DNA of 64,000 bases, taken from the NCBI GenBank assembly GCA_963815195.1, contig CAWFGE010000012.1, positions 224,001 through 288,000 of the forward strand. Direction: 5' to 3'. The notes under the pieces were generated by a model. That model was not told the DNA's origin and did not search any database. It saw only the letters and a program-made list of their open reading frames with translations. Numbering within the stretch: the stretch's first letter is position 1; each line of letters begins with the position of its first letter. Of the stretch, positions 1 to 10,600 are shown piece by piece. Made by a program: the position numbers and the translations under genes. Source of the stretch: an uncultured Planctomycetaceae bacterium (lineage in GTDB: Bacteria; Planctomycetota; Planctomycetia; Planctomycetales; Planctomycetaceae).

Positions 1-916
1 TCGTTGCCTGCAATCGATTCCATGGCCCGCAACAAGTTGCGATTGATGTTTTCGCTGATAAAGATGACCCGTGCATCCCCCATCAGCGCGTGACAACCTC
101 CGACGTGGCGCTGCCCGCTCCCCAGGCATAGGGCCAAGGATTTCCGCCGTACCGTTCGTTAAGGCCGCGACTGTACGGCGTGATGAAATGCGTATGCGTG
201 TAGGCCTGGAGGAAAGGACCATAGGCCGAATTGTGCTTCTTTTGAGGCGTCTCGATCATCAAGAACGTGTTTGAGGAACCGTCCGTAATGTCCCGGATCG
301 AAGCCGACTGATTGATTCCAAAGGCCGAGCGGGCGCTCGAAGTGTTATTTCTCCAATGCCGGCCGGCCGACGTGGAGTATTCGGTCGTCTCATGCACAAA
401 GCCGTAATTCACCCGCGTGTAGTTTCTCGCGGTGTACATATTTTGCGATCCATAGGTATGCGGGTTGTTATAGAGTGGATCGCTGGGGCAATATTGAATT
501 GGAATGGAAACGTTATCCAACACGCTCTGATAGTTCCCCCCGCCCCGGTTTTGCCAGTCGGCCTTGCCCGTGGCCACGTTAAAGTTGATTTGCTTGTAGA
601 GCGGCGCCTGATCGACATAAGGGAGCAGAAATAAATACCCTGTGAAATTCCGGATCCCGCCCGTTGGCACAAAATTGGCGGATTGATTGGCGCCGGGATT
701 CAGGCAGGACGCGGGAAACTGATTGTAGGTGTCATGGTAGTTGAATAGGGCAACCCCCCATTGCTTGAGGTTGTTCTTACAAGAGGACCGCCGGGCCGCT
801 TCGCGGGCTTGCTGCACCGCCGGGAGCAACAGGGCAATTAAAATGGCGATAATCGCGATCACCACCAACAACTCGATCAACGTAAATCCGCGCTTGAACC
901 GTTGCTGCCTGTACAT
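1..916 (-). CDS. DUF1559 prepilin-type N-terminal cleavage/methylation domain protein (frameshift near 110; runs off window start)
   Basis: [53 protein letters not shown]-terminus and DITDGSSNT motif. The [11 protein letters not shown] (H-X9-DG-like) tail continues in another frame below ~110. Confidence 0.9.
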
Positions 917-1236
917 AACATCCTCCCAAAAAAGTGCCGAATGACGGGGAATCCCGTCACAGGAAATGAAAATCAATTGGGCATTTGCTGAGGAATTGAA
1001 GGGATCAACTCGGTGAAGATTTCAATGGGCCTCAAGAAGATGATGCAACAAGTATTCCAACGAAGTCTATCGGAAATGGAAATGAGCACTTGAAATGTGA
1101 AAGACTGACCAGAACGGGGAAGAAAAATCCCTGGAAGACAATCTGCTCCGGTCCATTGGAAACTTTTTCAGGTCAAAATGTCAAGGATGAACTGAAGATT
1201 TTTGAATTCCTTCCGTGCGCATGCCTAAACGTTCAT

Positions 1237-1284
1237 CAGCCTTGATGAGCAAATAGGCGGCAGCCTTGGTGAGCAAATAGGCGG
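1237..1284. repeat. Tandem direct repeat, 2 x 24 bp
   Basis: cagccttgatgagcaaataggcgg followed by cagccttggtgagcaaataggcgg (1 mismatch). Confidence 0.9.
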
Positions 1285-1344
1285 CGTTTGAGCGGTTGGA
1301 ATCGCGACGCGGGTGGTTCGCAGCACGAGAGTGCGGACTCCGTC

Positions 1345-1651
1345 GAAAATCGGCTTCGCCGGTGCCGCCGGGCGGAACGGTGAACGTCAGACTCGTTGTT
1401 TGGGGATCGCTGATTTCTGGCGGAAGAAGCGGTGCCTCTTCCAGATCTCCTTAGTCAGCGAGCCGCATCGAGCGAATCTGCTCTTCATCCATGCCTTCGA
1501 AGCCGAGATCGATTTCGTGGTCCTGTTCGTTCGGTCTAGGTTTTGTGATATAAACTCTGCAATCTCCCACGGGAGCGCCGCGCACCAGAGTGTAGCGGCC
1601 TTGGTCGTCCGTGCGGCCGTAGCCCTCAAACATCCCGGAGGTGAAGAACAA
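1345..1651 (-). pseudogene. Remnant of the small carboxypeptidase-regulatory-like partner gene that usually follows DUF1559 genes
   Basis: GYGRTDDQGRYTL...GAPVGDCRVYITK, then in-frame TAA at 1451-1453, then the same frame resumes with LLPPEISDPQTTSLTFTVPPGGTGEADF. No signal peptide or lipobox at the N-terminus. Confidence 0.65.
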
Positions 1652-1681
1652 ATGCGGCCCAAACCACCGCGACTTCTTCGT

Positions 1682-2621
1682 TTAGTATTGCCCCAGCGTT
1701 TCGTTGCCGGCAATCGAGGACAAGTAGCGGAGCATGTTGCGGTTGATATTCTCGCTGATAAAGATCACCCGCGCATCGCCCATCAGGGCATGACAGCCGC
1801 CCACATGATGACTTCCGGCTCCCCAGGCATAGGGCCAAGGATTTCCTTTATACATCTCATTGATCCGGCGGGCGTAGGGGACGATGAAATGCGTATGGGT
1901 GTAGGCCTGCAGGAAGGGACCGTAGAGCCGGCTGGCCTTTTTTTCAGGCGTTTCAATCATCAAAAACGTGTTCGACGGGCCGTCCGTGATGTCTCTGAGA
2001 GACGCCGACTTATTGAATCCGAAAGCCGACCGGTAGCTACGGAGGTTCTTGCTCCAAATCTGGCCCGCATAGTAATCGTACTCGGTGTTTTCATGGACGA
2101 AGCCATAATTCACTCGCGTGAAATACTTGCCCCGATACATTTTGGAACCGCCTGAGTAGCTATTCGGATTCGAGTATTGAGTGTCGCTCGGACAATATTG
2201 AATGGGAATGGAGATATTGTACAACACAGATTGATATCCGCCGCCGCCAAGCCCGCCGCCAGTCAGCGTTTCCCGTTGCGCGATTGAAGTTGATTTTCTT
2301 GTAAAGTGGGGCCTGATCCACATAGGGTAACAGATAAAGATAACCCGTGTGGTTCCGGATTTTCCCGCGAGGAACGAACGAGTTGGAACGATAGGATCCC
2401 GGATTGACTGCCGACGGTGGAAATTGCTTATAGGTGTCGTGATAGTTGTGAAGGGCCAGGCCCCATTGTTTGAGGTTGTTCTTGCAAGACGACCGCCGGG
2501 CGGCTTCCCGGGCTTGTTGGACCGCGGGGAGCAAGAGGGCGATTAAGATGGCGATAATGGCGATGACCACCAACAATTCGATCAACGTAAATCCGCGATA
2601 GCTGCGATGTTTGTGAAACAT
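1682..2621 (-). CDS. DUF1559 pilin-like protein, paralog of 1..916 (frameshift near 2255)
   Basis: ORF 2160..2633 (GFTLIELL...) joins ORF 1682..2323 ([22 protein letters not shown]) into one gene colinear with the neighbour. Confidence 0.9.
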
Positions 2622-2923
2622 CTGTGCCTCCACAATGGTTATAGAAAGGGCAGTGATATGCGGAGAAGTGGGTTATAAAGGGAGAAAAAACGGATCACCA
2701 TTTTTCCTGCACCTGAATCCAACATGCCTGGCGAGACGTCCAACACCGTCGGAGCAACCAAGCACATCGATAGTGAGCGCGAGGTTTTGGTACGAACCTA
2801 CCAAAACCAGAAATCGAATTGGAGAAAACGAATGAGATCGAATGATCGCTGAGATTCCTTCCAATGGATAAACATATTTTGGCAGGAATCCAATACCCGA
2901 TCGTACAACCGCTCCGCAAATCT

Positions 2924-3595
2924 TCAACCCTCTTTTTTTGCTTTTTTTAAAAATCCGCGAAACTTGGGATTTTCTCGGGGGTTGCAGATTTTCAGGTCTT
3001 TTGGGTCCGCATTGGAGAGAATTTGCGAAACACAGGTGTTCGCTGCGGGTTGCGGTTTCCGGGGCTTTCCCTCGGCCACCGTTTGAATCGAGCTCGATTG
3101 GACCCGCTCCACATACCACGCAAACAGCGTGCAAAAGGCGGGGGAGAACTCTTGGGGGCTTTGGTTTAGCATCGCGGCGATTTCGGCGAGCGGATAATAA
3201 TCGCCGCTTTCGATTTCTTCGGGATCGAAGGTTGGGGGGTCGTCGGTGACGGCATGATAGAGGACGGTGTGCTCGTAAGCCGTTTCGGGGCCGGCGGGGA
3301 ATTTGTGGAGGAAGGTCAGCGGGGCGGACAGGCCGATTTCTTCCCGCATCTCGCGCGGGGCACACTCGTCGTAGGTTTCGCCCGCGCTCAAATGGCCCGA
3401 GGCCGACGAGGTGTAGCATCGCGGGTATTCATCCTTCGCCGCGCTTCGGCGGTGGATCAAGAGTTCGCCCTTCGAGTTGAACACGAAGATGTGCACCGCG
3501 CGGTGCAGCAGCTTTTTCGCGTGGACTTCCGACCGCGGCGCCTGGCCGATGACTTGATCGTGCTCGTCGACGACATCGAAGATTTCTTGTGGCAT
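2924..3595 (-). CDS. NUDIX hydrolase (IPP isomerase/YfcD-like)
   Basis: LLHRAVHIFVFN and Nudix-box-like GHLSAGETYDECAPREMREEIG. Confidence 0.85.
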   Translation of the reverse strand: MPQEIFDVVDEHDQVIGQAPRSEVHAKKLLHRAVHIFVFNSKGELLIHRRSAAKDEYPRCYTSSASGHLSAGETYDECAPREMREEIGLSAPLTFLHKFPAGPETAYEHTVLYHAVTDDPPTFDPEEIESGDYYPLAEIAAMLNQSPQEFSPAFCTLFAWYVERVQSSSIQTVAEGKPRKPQPAANTCVSQILSNADPKDLKICNPRENPKFRGFLKKAKKEG

Positions 3596-3669
3596 CACAT
3601 TCACAAATTCGGAAAGGAAACGGTTTGGCCTTCGTCGAAGATCATGGGACTTACGCCCCACGCTCGCCT

Positions 3670-4386
3670 TTAGCCGCTGATGAGGGCTTTCATTTCGCTG
3701 ACGGCTTGCTCCATGCCGACCATCACGGCGCGGGCGACGATGCTGTGGCCGATGTTGAGTTCCATCACGTCGGGGATGTCGGCGATGGGCTGGACGTTTC
3801 TGTAAGTCAATCCGTGGCCCATGTGCAGGAGCAGGCCCTGCTCGAAGGCGATGCTGCCGGCTTCGGTGAGCCGTTCGTGTTCGTGTTCCTGCTCATCGTG
3901 GGACGAGGCGTCGGCGTAGTTGCCGGTGTGCAGTTCGACGGCGTCGGCTCCCAGGCGGGCGGCGGCTTCGATCTGGGCGCGGTCCGGGTCGATGAACAGG
4001 CTGACCTCGATGCCCGCCTCGCTCAAGCGGGCGATGCACTCGCGGACGCGGTCTTCGTGGGCCAGGAGATCGAGGCCGCCTTCGGTGGTCAGTTCCTCGC
4101 GTTTTTCGGGAACCAGGGTCGCCTGGTCGGGCCGGACGTCGAGGGCGATCTTGAGGATTTCTTCGGACGTGGCCATTTCCAGGTTGAGTTTGACGTGCAC
4201 GGTTTGCTTGAGGAGATACACATCGCGGTCCTGGATGTGCCGGCGGTCTTCGCGGAGGTGGATCGTGATGCCGTCCGCCCCGCCGAGCTCGGCCTGGACG
4301 GCGGCCCACACGGGGTCCGGCTCGTAAGTCCGCCGGGCTTGGCGGACGGTGGCCACGTGATCGATATTCACACCCAAGAGCGGCAT
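3670..4386 (-). CDS. pdxJ: Pyridoxine 5'-phosphate synthase
   Basis: [46 protein letters not shown] and ELNIGHSI motifs. Confidence 0.97.
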   Translation of the reverse strand: MPLLGVNIDHVATVRQARRTYEPDPVWAAVQAELGGADGITIHLREDRRHIQDRDVYLLKQTVHVKLNLEMATSEEILKIALDVRPDQATLVPEKREELTTEGGLDLLAHEDRVRECIARLSEAGIEVSLFIDPDRAQIEAAARLGADAVELHTGNYADASSHDEQEHEHERLTEAGSIAFEQGLLLHMGHGLTYRNVQPIADIPDVMELNIGHSIVARAVMVGMEQAVSEMKALISG

Positions 4387-4482
4387 CGCGGGTTCTCCCT
4401 CAAAAATGTGCAGGATCTTTCGCCTGAGATTGCTTATAATTCTCCCAGAACCAGTGGGCAACGTGGCAGGGCAAAGTTCATT

Positions 4483-4557
4483 GAGCGGCCCGGCGCTAGC
4501 CGCCGGTCTTTGTTGTCGCGTTTCCATTGAAAAGACCGGGGGCTAGCGCCGTTCCGC
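4483..4557. repeat. REP-like family B palindromic doublet (GAGCGGCnGGGCGCTAGCCGCCGG)
   Basis: cggcgctagccgccggtcttt ... aaagaccgggggctagcgccg. Related copies at 7543-7566, 19224-19238 (partial), 21111-21191 and 62111-62188. Confidence 0.8.
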
Positions 4558-4571
4558 ACACAAGAGGCATC

Positions 4572-4796
4572 ATGCCACCTAAGGATCAGATTTTCATCGG
4601 GGCCGCGACGGCGGGATTGTGCCTGATTGGACTGGCCAAGAGCCGCTGGGTTCTCGACAATACCAAAAAAGGGGCCCGCCTGATCGGTTGGTTCGGGGCG
4701 AAGCGGGCGATTTGGGTGCTGCGGGGGTTGTTTTTGTTGGGGGCCGCGTTCGGGATTTTGTTGGCGGCGAACGTCATAAAACCGTTACAATGGTAG
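4572..4796 (+). CDS. Small two-TM membrane protein, hypothetical
   Basis: ATG after a gagg RBS-like motif; two hydrophobic segments separated by a basic loop. Confidence 0.65.
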   Translation: MPPKDQIFIGAATAGLCLIGLAKSRWVLDNTKKGARLIGWFGAKRAIWVLRGLFLLGAAFGILLAANVIKPLQW

Positions 4797-5117
4797 CGAT
4801 TGGCGGGACAGGCCGCCGCGACGGACCGATCCATATCGGAAATTCCGCCGGGGAGGACAGGCGAATTTCCGAAAAAACCGATTTTTTGCGAACGAGCCGG
4901 GCGAAAAAGTGATCTCAGAGAGGAACCACTCCATTTTGACGGGGGGAGTTTTCCGACTTTCCCCCCCGAAACCTTTCAGAGATCGTTTTGGGAACGTACG
5001 CTTTCCATGGGTACCCGCTCGGTTTTATTGAAACGTACGGTGGACTTCCCTTCCTCCGAAGGGGAAGGAGTCGAGCGTATCCCGTCGGTTCTCACTCCCA
5101 TCGATTGCCAAATCATT

Positions 5118-7461
5118 ATGAGCACGGTTCCCGATTCGCTGAGCCAACTTGTGGAAATGGGCCTCCTGACGGAAGACGACCTCAGCATCTGCGGCGAAGT
5201 CTCGAAGCCCGAAGACGCCTCGGTCGATCACCTGATCGATTTGCTTGTGGAGCGGCGGCGGCTGACGAAATACCAGGCCGACGTGATCTCGGGCCGGCGG
5301 CCGGGCATGCTGGTGATGGGCGAATACATCATCCTCGAACGCCTGGGGGCGGGGGGGATGGGCGTGGTGTATAAAGCCTACCACCGCCGGATGCACCGGG
5401 AAGTCGCGATCAAGGTGCTGTTGGAATCGGGGATTCAATCGGAAGACAAGATCGAGCGGTTCCGCCGGGAGGCGATCGCGGCCGCCCGGATGAATCACCC
5501 GAACATCGTCACGGCCTACGATGCCAACGAGCACGAAGGCATCCCGTACCTGGTGATGGAATATGTCAAGGGCCGCGACTTGGGGTCGCTGGTCAAAAAG
5601 GGCGACAAGCTGTCGGTGCCCGAAGCGGTGAACTACATGCTGCAAACCGCGCGGGGCATGGAGTATGCCCACAGCCGGCACATCATCCACCGCGACCTCA
5701 AGCCTTCGAACCTGCTATTGGCATCGCCGGACGATTCGGACATCCGGCCGGGACAATATTCCCGCGTGAAGATCCTGGACATGGGCCTCGCGAGGCTCAC
5801 ACAGCCGCAGGGCGACCTGGTTTCGCCCGCCTTGGAAGGCAGCGATCTGTCGGCGACGGGGATGCTCATGGGCACCGTGGACTACATGGCCCCCGAGCAG
5901 GCGATGGACACCAAGCGGGCGGACCACCGCTCGGACATCTACAGCCTGGGCTGCACGCTGTATTACCTGCTGACCAAAAAGCCCGTCTATACCGGGGCGA
6001 ACCTGCTCGAGCGGATCTCCGCCCATCTGAAAGCGCCGATCCCTTCACTCAAGGAAGCCCGCCCGGACGCCCCGGACGAACTCGACGAAGTCTTCCAGAA
6101 GATGGTCGCCAAGAAGCCCCGCGAGCGCTATCAATCGATGACGGAAGTCGCCGACGCCCTCCAAAAAGTCGACCGCCAACTCAGCGGACCCAACGCCAAC
6201 CAAGGCCTCTGGGACAGCGGCAGCTTTTCTGGGAGCGGCCAGATTCAACTGCCCGGCTCCTCTTACGGCGGATCGCAGCCCGGTTCGGATTCCCACGGCT
6301 CCGCTCCCACGATCGCTTCCGGTTCCGGCCCGTTCGCCGGGGCGCCGGGTTCCTCCTTCGGCAGCACCGCGTATGACGACGGGTTTTCCACCGGCACGGC
6401 GACGGGCAGCGTCCCCGCCACGGGCATGCCGCTCGTGCAGAAGCTGATCATGGTCGTGCTTATGGGGTTGATGGCCGGTGCCCTGGTGGCGATCGTCGCC
6501 AAACTCAAAAACCGCACCACCGAAGTGGTGGAGATGCCGCCCGCTAAGCCGCCGGCCCCCTATCTGCCGGCGAACTTTGTCACGTTGCCCGATTCCCAGA
6601 TCATCCAGGTGAAAGACCAGGGCAGTGTGCACCGGTATTACAGCGTGATCGCCTTGGACCTAAGGAAGTTATTGCAGGTCAAGGCCCTTCCGCCCCGCGC
6701 CGCGATCGCCCAGAACGCCAGCGGACCCGCGATCGCCGAGAAACTGTTGGCCGCCGATCCGTACGTGCGGTTCCGGCTGGTCGTTCCGGGCGAGGGGCAG
6801 CAACTCCGGCCGTTTTACATGATGGAAACCAAGGTCTGGAACGACCTGTTCCGCGTGTTCGCCCAGGCGCACCCCGAACGGCTTGATCCGGAAACCAGGT
6901 GGACGCAAACAGCCGACGGCCGGCTGCCGGTGTATTTTGTGAGCGTCAAAGAAGCGGACCGCTTCGCCCGCTGGATCGGCGGCCGTTTGCCTTCGGGCGA
7001 TCAATGGGACACCGCGGCGGGGTTCTATCTCGCCGAGGAAGACCGCGGCGAGGGACCGTTCGTCTCCCGGCAAAACGGCATGCCCAACGTCGCGGTTCAC
7101 GGCGGCCCCGTGCGCGGTGGATTTCCCCAGCGACGATGTCAGCCCGCTCGGGATCAAACACATGGCAGGCAACGGCCGCGAGTTCACGCGCAGCATGATC
7201 AAGGGCAGTGAACTTCAAGAGGACACGGAGTTCACGGCCATCGCCGACGGCGTCTTTTTACGAGGCTGGAGCTTTGAGGACCTTAATGAGCTCCCCTTGT
7301 CGTACGACGACATGCAAAGAAATGGCAAAAACGTCCATCCGGACGCGTGGGGGATCGATTTCAAATCCACGTCCGACACGTCGTTCCGCGTCGTGGTGGA
7401 GATCCCCCAAGCTTCCAAAACCAAAACCCAGACCAAAAAACCTCCGCAAGAGAAAAAGTGA
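5118..7461 (+). CDS. Membrane Ser/Thr protein kinase with C-terminal FGE-sulfatase (SUMF1)-like domain (frameshift near 7110)
   Basis: LGAGGMGVVYKA, VAIKVL, HRDLKPSN, DMGLAR, YMAPEQ; TM segment LIMVVLMGLMAGALVAIVA; FYMMETKVWN, GGRLPSGDQW. MAGNGREF and SFRVVVE lie in ORF 7117..7461. Confidence 0.9.
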
Positions 7462-7663
7462 TTCGGCTCGGCCGGTCGTTCGGCTGTTTGAGCCCCTCAC
7501 TTCTGCACTCTTCGATTTGACTTAGACATAAGCCTGAAAAATGAGCGGCTGGGCGCTAGCCGCCGGCCCGCGTAAGTGTGCGTGCTCTATCCTCGGCCGG
7601 CGGCTACGCGCCGTGCCGCTCACATCAATCCCACTTATGGGACAGTCTCTCAGGACCGTGACG

Positions 7664-10600
7664 ATGACCGCTCGACTCAGAATCACCATTGCCGCTTGGG
7701 TTGTTCTCACCGCTTCCGCCTTGCCCGCCCAGCCCAAACCGCCCGCGCAAGACAATAACCCGCAGCCCATTTTGCGGCTCGACGCCAAGGGGCCGGTGTC
7801 CGACGTGACGGCGCTCGCGTTCTCGCCCGACGGCAACACGCTCTACGGCGGGGGCTGGGACAAGGTGGTCTATGTCTGGAACAAGAACAAGGATGGCGGC
7901 TGGGACTTCGTCCGCGAACGGGCCCTGCGAATCCCGATCGGTCCCGGCACGTCGGGGGTCGTCAATGCGATGGCGGTGTCTTCGGACGGCCAGTACCTCG
8001 CGGTCGCCGGGAATGCCGTGGGTTCGCACATCGCCGGCTTTCGCGAAGGCGGCCTGGTCTGGCCGTCTTCGGCGCAATCGGTCGAGCAGCGGAAGCAACT
8101 CGGCACGATTTACGTGTTCCACCTCGAGAACGCCCAACAACCCAAAGTCATCCAGCTCAGCGGGCACATCGGCCCGGTTCTGGCGTTGTCGTTTGCCGAG
8201 TCCAAACCGGGCGTCGATCCGATGCTCGTCTCCGCCGGCGAGGATTACGACGACCAGACCACGAAACAGCGCGGGGCCGTGCGGGTGTGGAATCTCAATC
8301 AGCCTGCGGGCCCCATCGCGGAACGGCTGGACCTGCCCGCCCCCACGGAGATGAAAAATGTTCCCCGCACACTGGCGGCGATTCGCACGGGAAACGCTCC
8401 CCATTCGCTGCTGGTGGGCATCGCCTGGGGAGATGATGTGCTCCGCGTGTGGGACGTGGCTCAAAACGAATTGGCCAATCCCCCCAACGGCGGCTCGATG
8501 GCCTGCGCGACCGTCAACAATCAATTCCTGCTGGCCGGCGGCTGGCGCGCGGGCAACAACGGCCAGGGTGTTTGGCAGCTTGGCCTGTGGAGACCGCCCT
8601 TCACAAAAACCAGCACGCCCTTCAAAGCCCAAAGCCCCTTCACGGGCAACAACATGCCCTTCGGCCTCGCCGTCGCCGCGAAAGATCAAAGCAAAGCTCT
8701 CGCCATTTATATCGAACCCAACGGCGATGCGAAGCTTCAAAAAATCGGTTTCTTTCTTGCCGATGGCAATACCTTGAACCGCACCTCGCAGGATGTCCTC
8801 TTCGGCGGCGGCGGAAAATGGCCCGCGTATGCCATCAGCCCGCAGGCCGACTTTGTCGCGGTCGCGGGCAATCATCAGACCACCGGCATTCAGATCTACA
8901 AAACCAATCAGCTTCAACAAGCCAACCCCCCGGTCGCCCAACTCCTCAAAGGCTTCGGCGAAGAGCTTCCGCGGGTCCGGTTTTATCGCAAAGGCGAAGC
9001 CTTGGGTTTGGCCCTCAATCGCGATCTCGCGACCCCGAAAGATGGAAAACCCGATCTGATGTTCGACCTCGACAAAGCCGAAACCCTCGCCGATGTCACC
9101 GGCTGGCAGCCCGCGCCGGGTTCCGACAAGTCAAACTTCACGATCACTCCAGGCGAGGCGGGCGACCGGAAGACGGTGCAGATCAAATTCAACGACGGCA
9201 AAACCGCCCAGATCACCCTGCCCGAAAATCAAACGCCGAAGCGGTTTGCCCGCGGCCCGAAAACCGACAATCACCCGCCGCTGGTCGCGCTGATTATCGA
9301 AAGCAGCGCGTTCGCGGATCCGATGCTCAACATTTATAACGCCGAGACGGGCGACCGCCTCCGCTGGCTCGTCGGGCACACCGGTCAGATCACCGACATC
9401 GCGTTTTCCGACGACGGCAAACTGCTCGCCTCCGCCAGCCGGGACCGCACCGTGCGGGTGTGGTGGATGGAGGACCTGGGCAAAATCCTCGGCAAGCGCG
9501 GGCTTTTGAAGGAACTCAATCTTTCCGACAAAGGCGACAGGGCGGTCGTTCAGAAAATCGGCGGCCAGGCCCAAGCCGCGCTGAAGGCGAACCTCCAAGT
9601 CGGCGACGTGGTCCAAGGCGTCCTCAAGCAGAATGGCGAACTCGCCCCCACGCCCAAGGCCAAAGACTTTTACGCCTTCGTCTCCACCAAAAAACCGGAC
9701 AATAACATCACCCTGCAAATTCAGCGCGGGAACCAGACCCTCAAACCCGAGGTCAAGGTCGAGCAAGCCGTCGACGAGCGAAAGCCGCTGTTCACGCTGT
9801 TCTTCAATGAAGACAAACCGGCTCAAAAATGGTCGTGGCTCAGTTGGACGCCCACGGGACCTTTTGATTCCAGCGATCAAGAGGTCGAGCAATACGTGGG
9901 CTGGCACTTTAACACGAAGCAGGAAAACCAGCCGGCGACGTTCGCGGAGATCGGCCAATATCGCCAGCAAAACTGGGGCAAAGGGCTCCTGAAAACCCTG
10001 ATCGGAACCGGCGCGGTGCCGCTGGTCTGGCCCCCGATGCCGGAACCGCAAATGTCCTTGAAGTTCCGCGAAGGCGACGATCCGTTGCTGCGAGTCGACA
10101 CCGAACGCAACGTCCGCGTGCGGACCAAGGATGTCAAAGCCTATCTGGATCTGTCCAGCTTTCCATTGGATAAAATCGACCGCGAGAACCTGGTTTGGCA
10201 GGTGGACGGCGGCGAGGCGAAGCCTTTGGTTCCGCACGAATCGCTCCGGGGCACCTACGAGGCCCCCTTGTCGGACTTTGATTGGAAGCCCAAACCGCAA
10301 TTGACTCCCCACCGCATTACGGTGTCGCTGAAGACCAAGACCCCGGACGCGGAGCAGTTCGTCGTCGAGCAGAACGTCGTGTACGATCCGCAAGCGCCGC
10401 CTCCCCCACCACCGGGCGGCGCCTACGAAGAGCCGCTGCCCAAGAGCGAGCTGCCCGCCCCGGCGATCACGAGCCCCGCTTCGCGGACCGTGCTCTTTCA
10501 GGGCCCCCATCCCAAAGAAACCTCCATCGCGGTCGAACTCACGCCGAGCCAGGCCCGGACCCTCGCGGGGAAAATGACCTTCCAACTCAACGGCAATACG

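Noticed and set aside
1237..1284. Possible CRISPR mini-array
   Set aside because: Two abutting repeats with no spacer, and no cas genes in the window.
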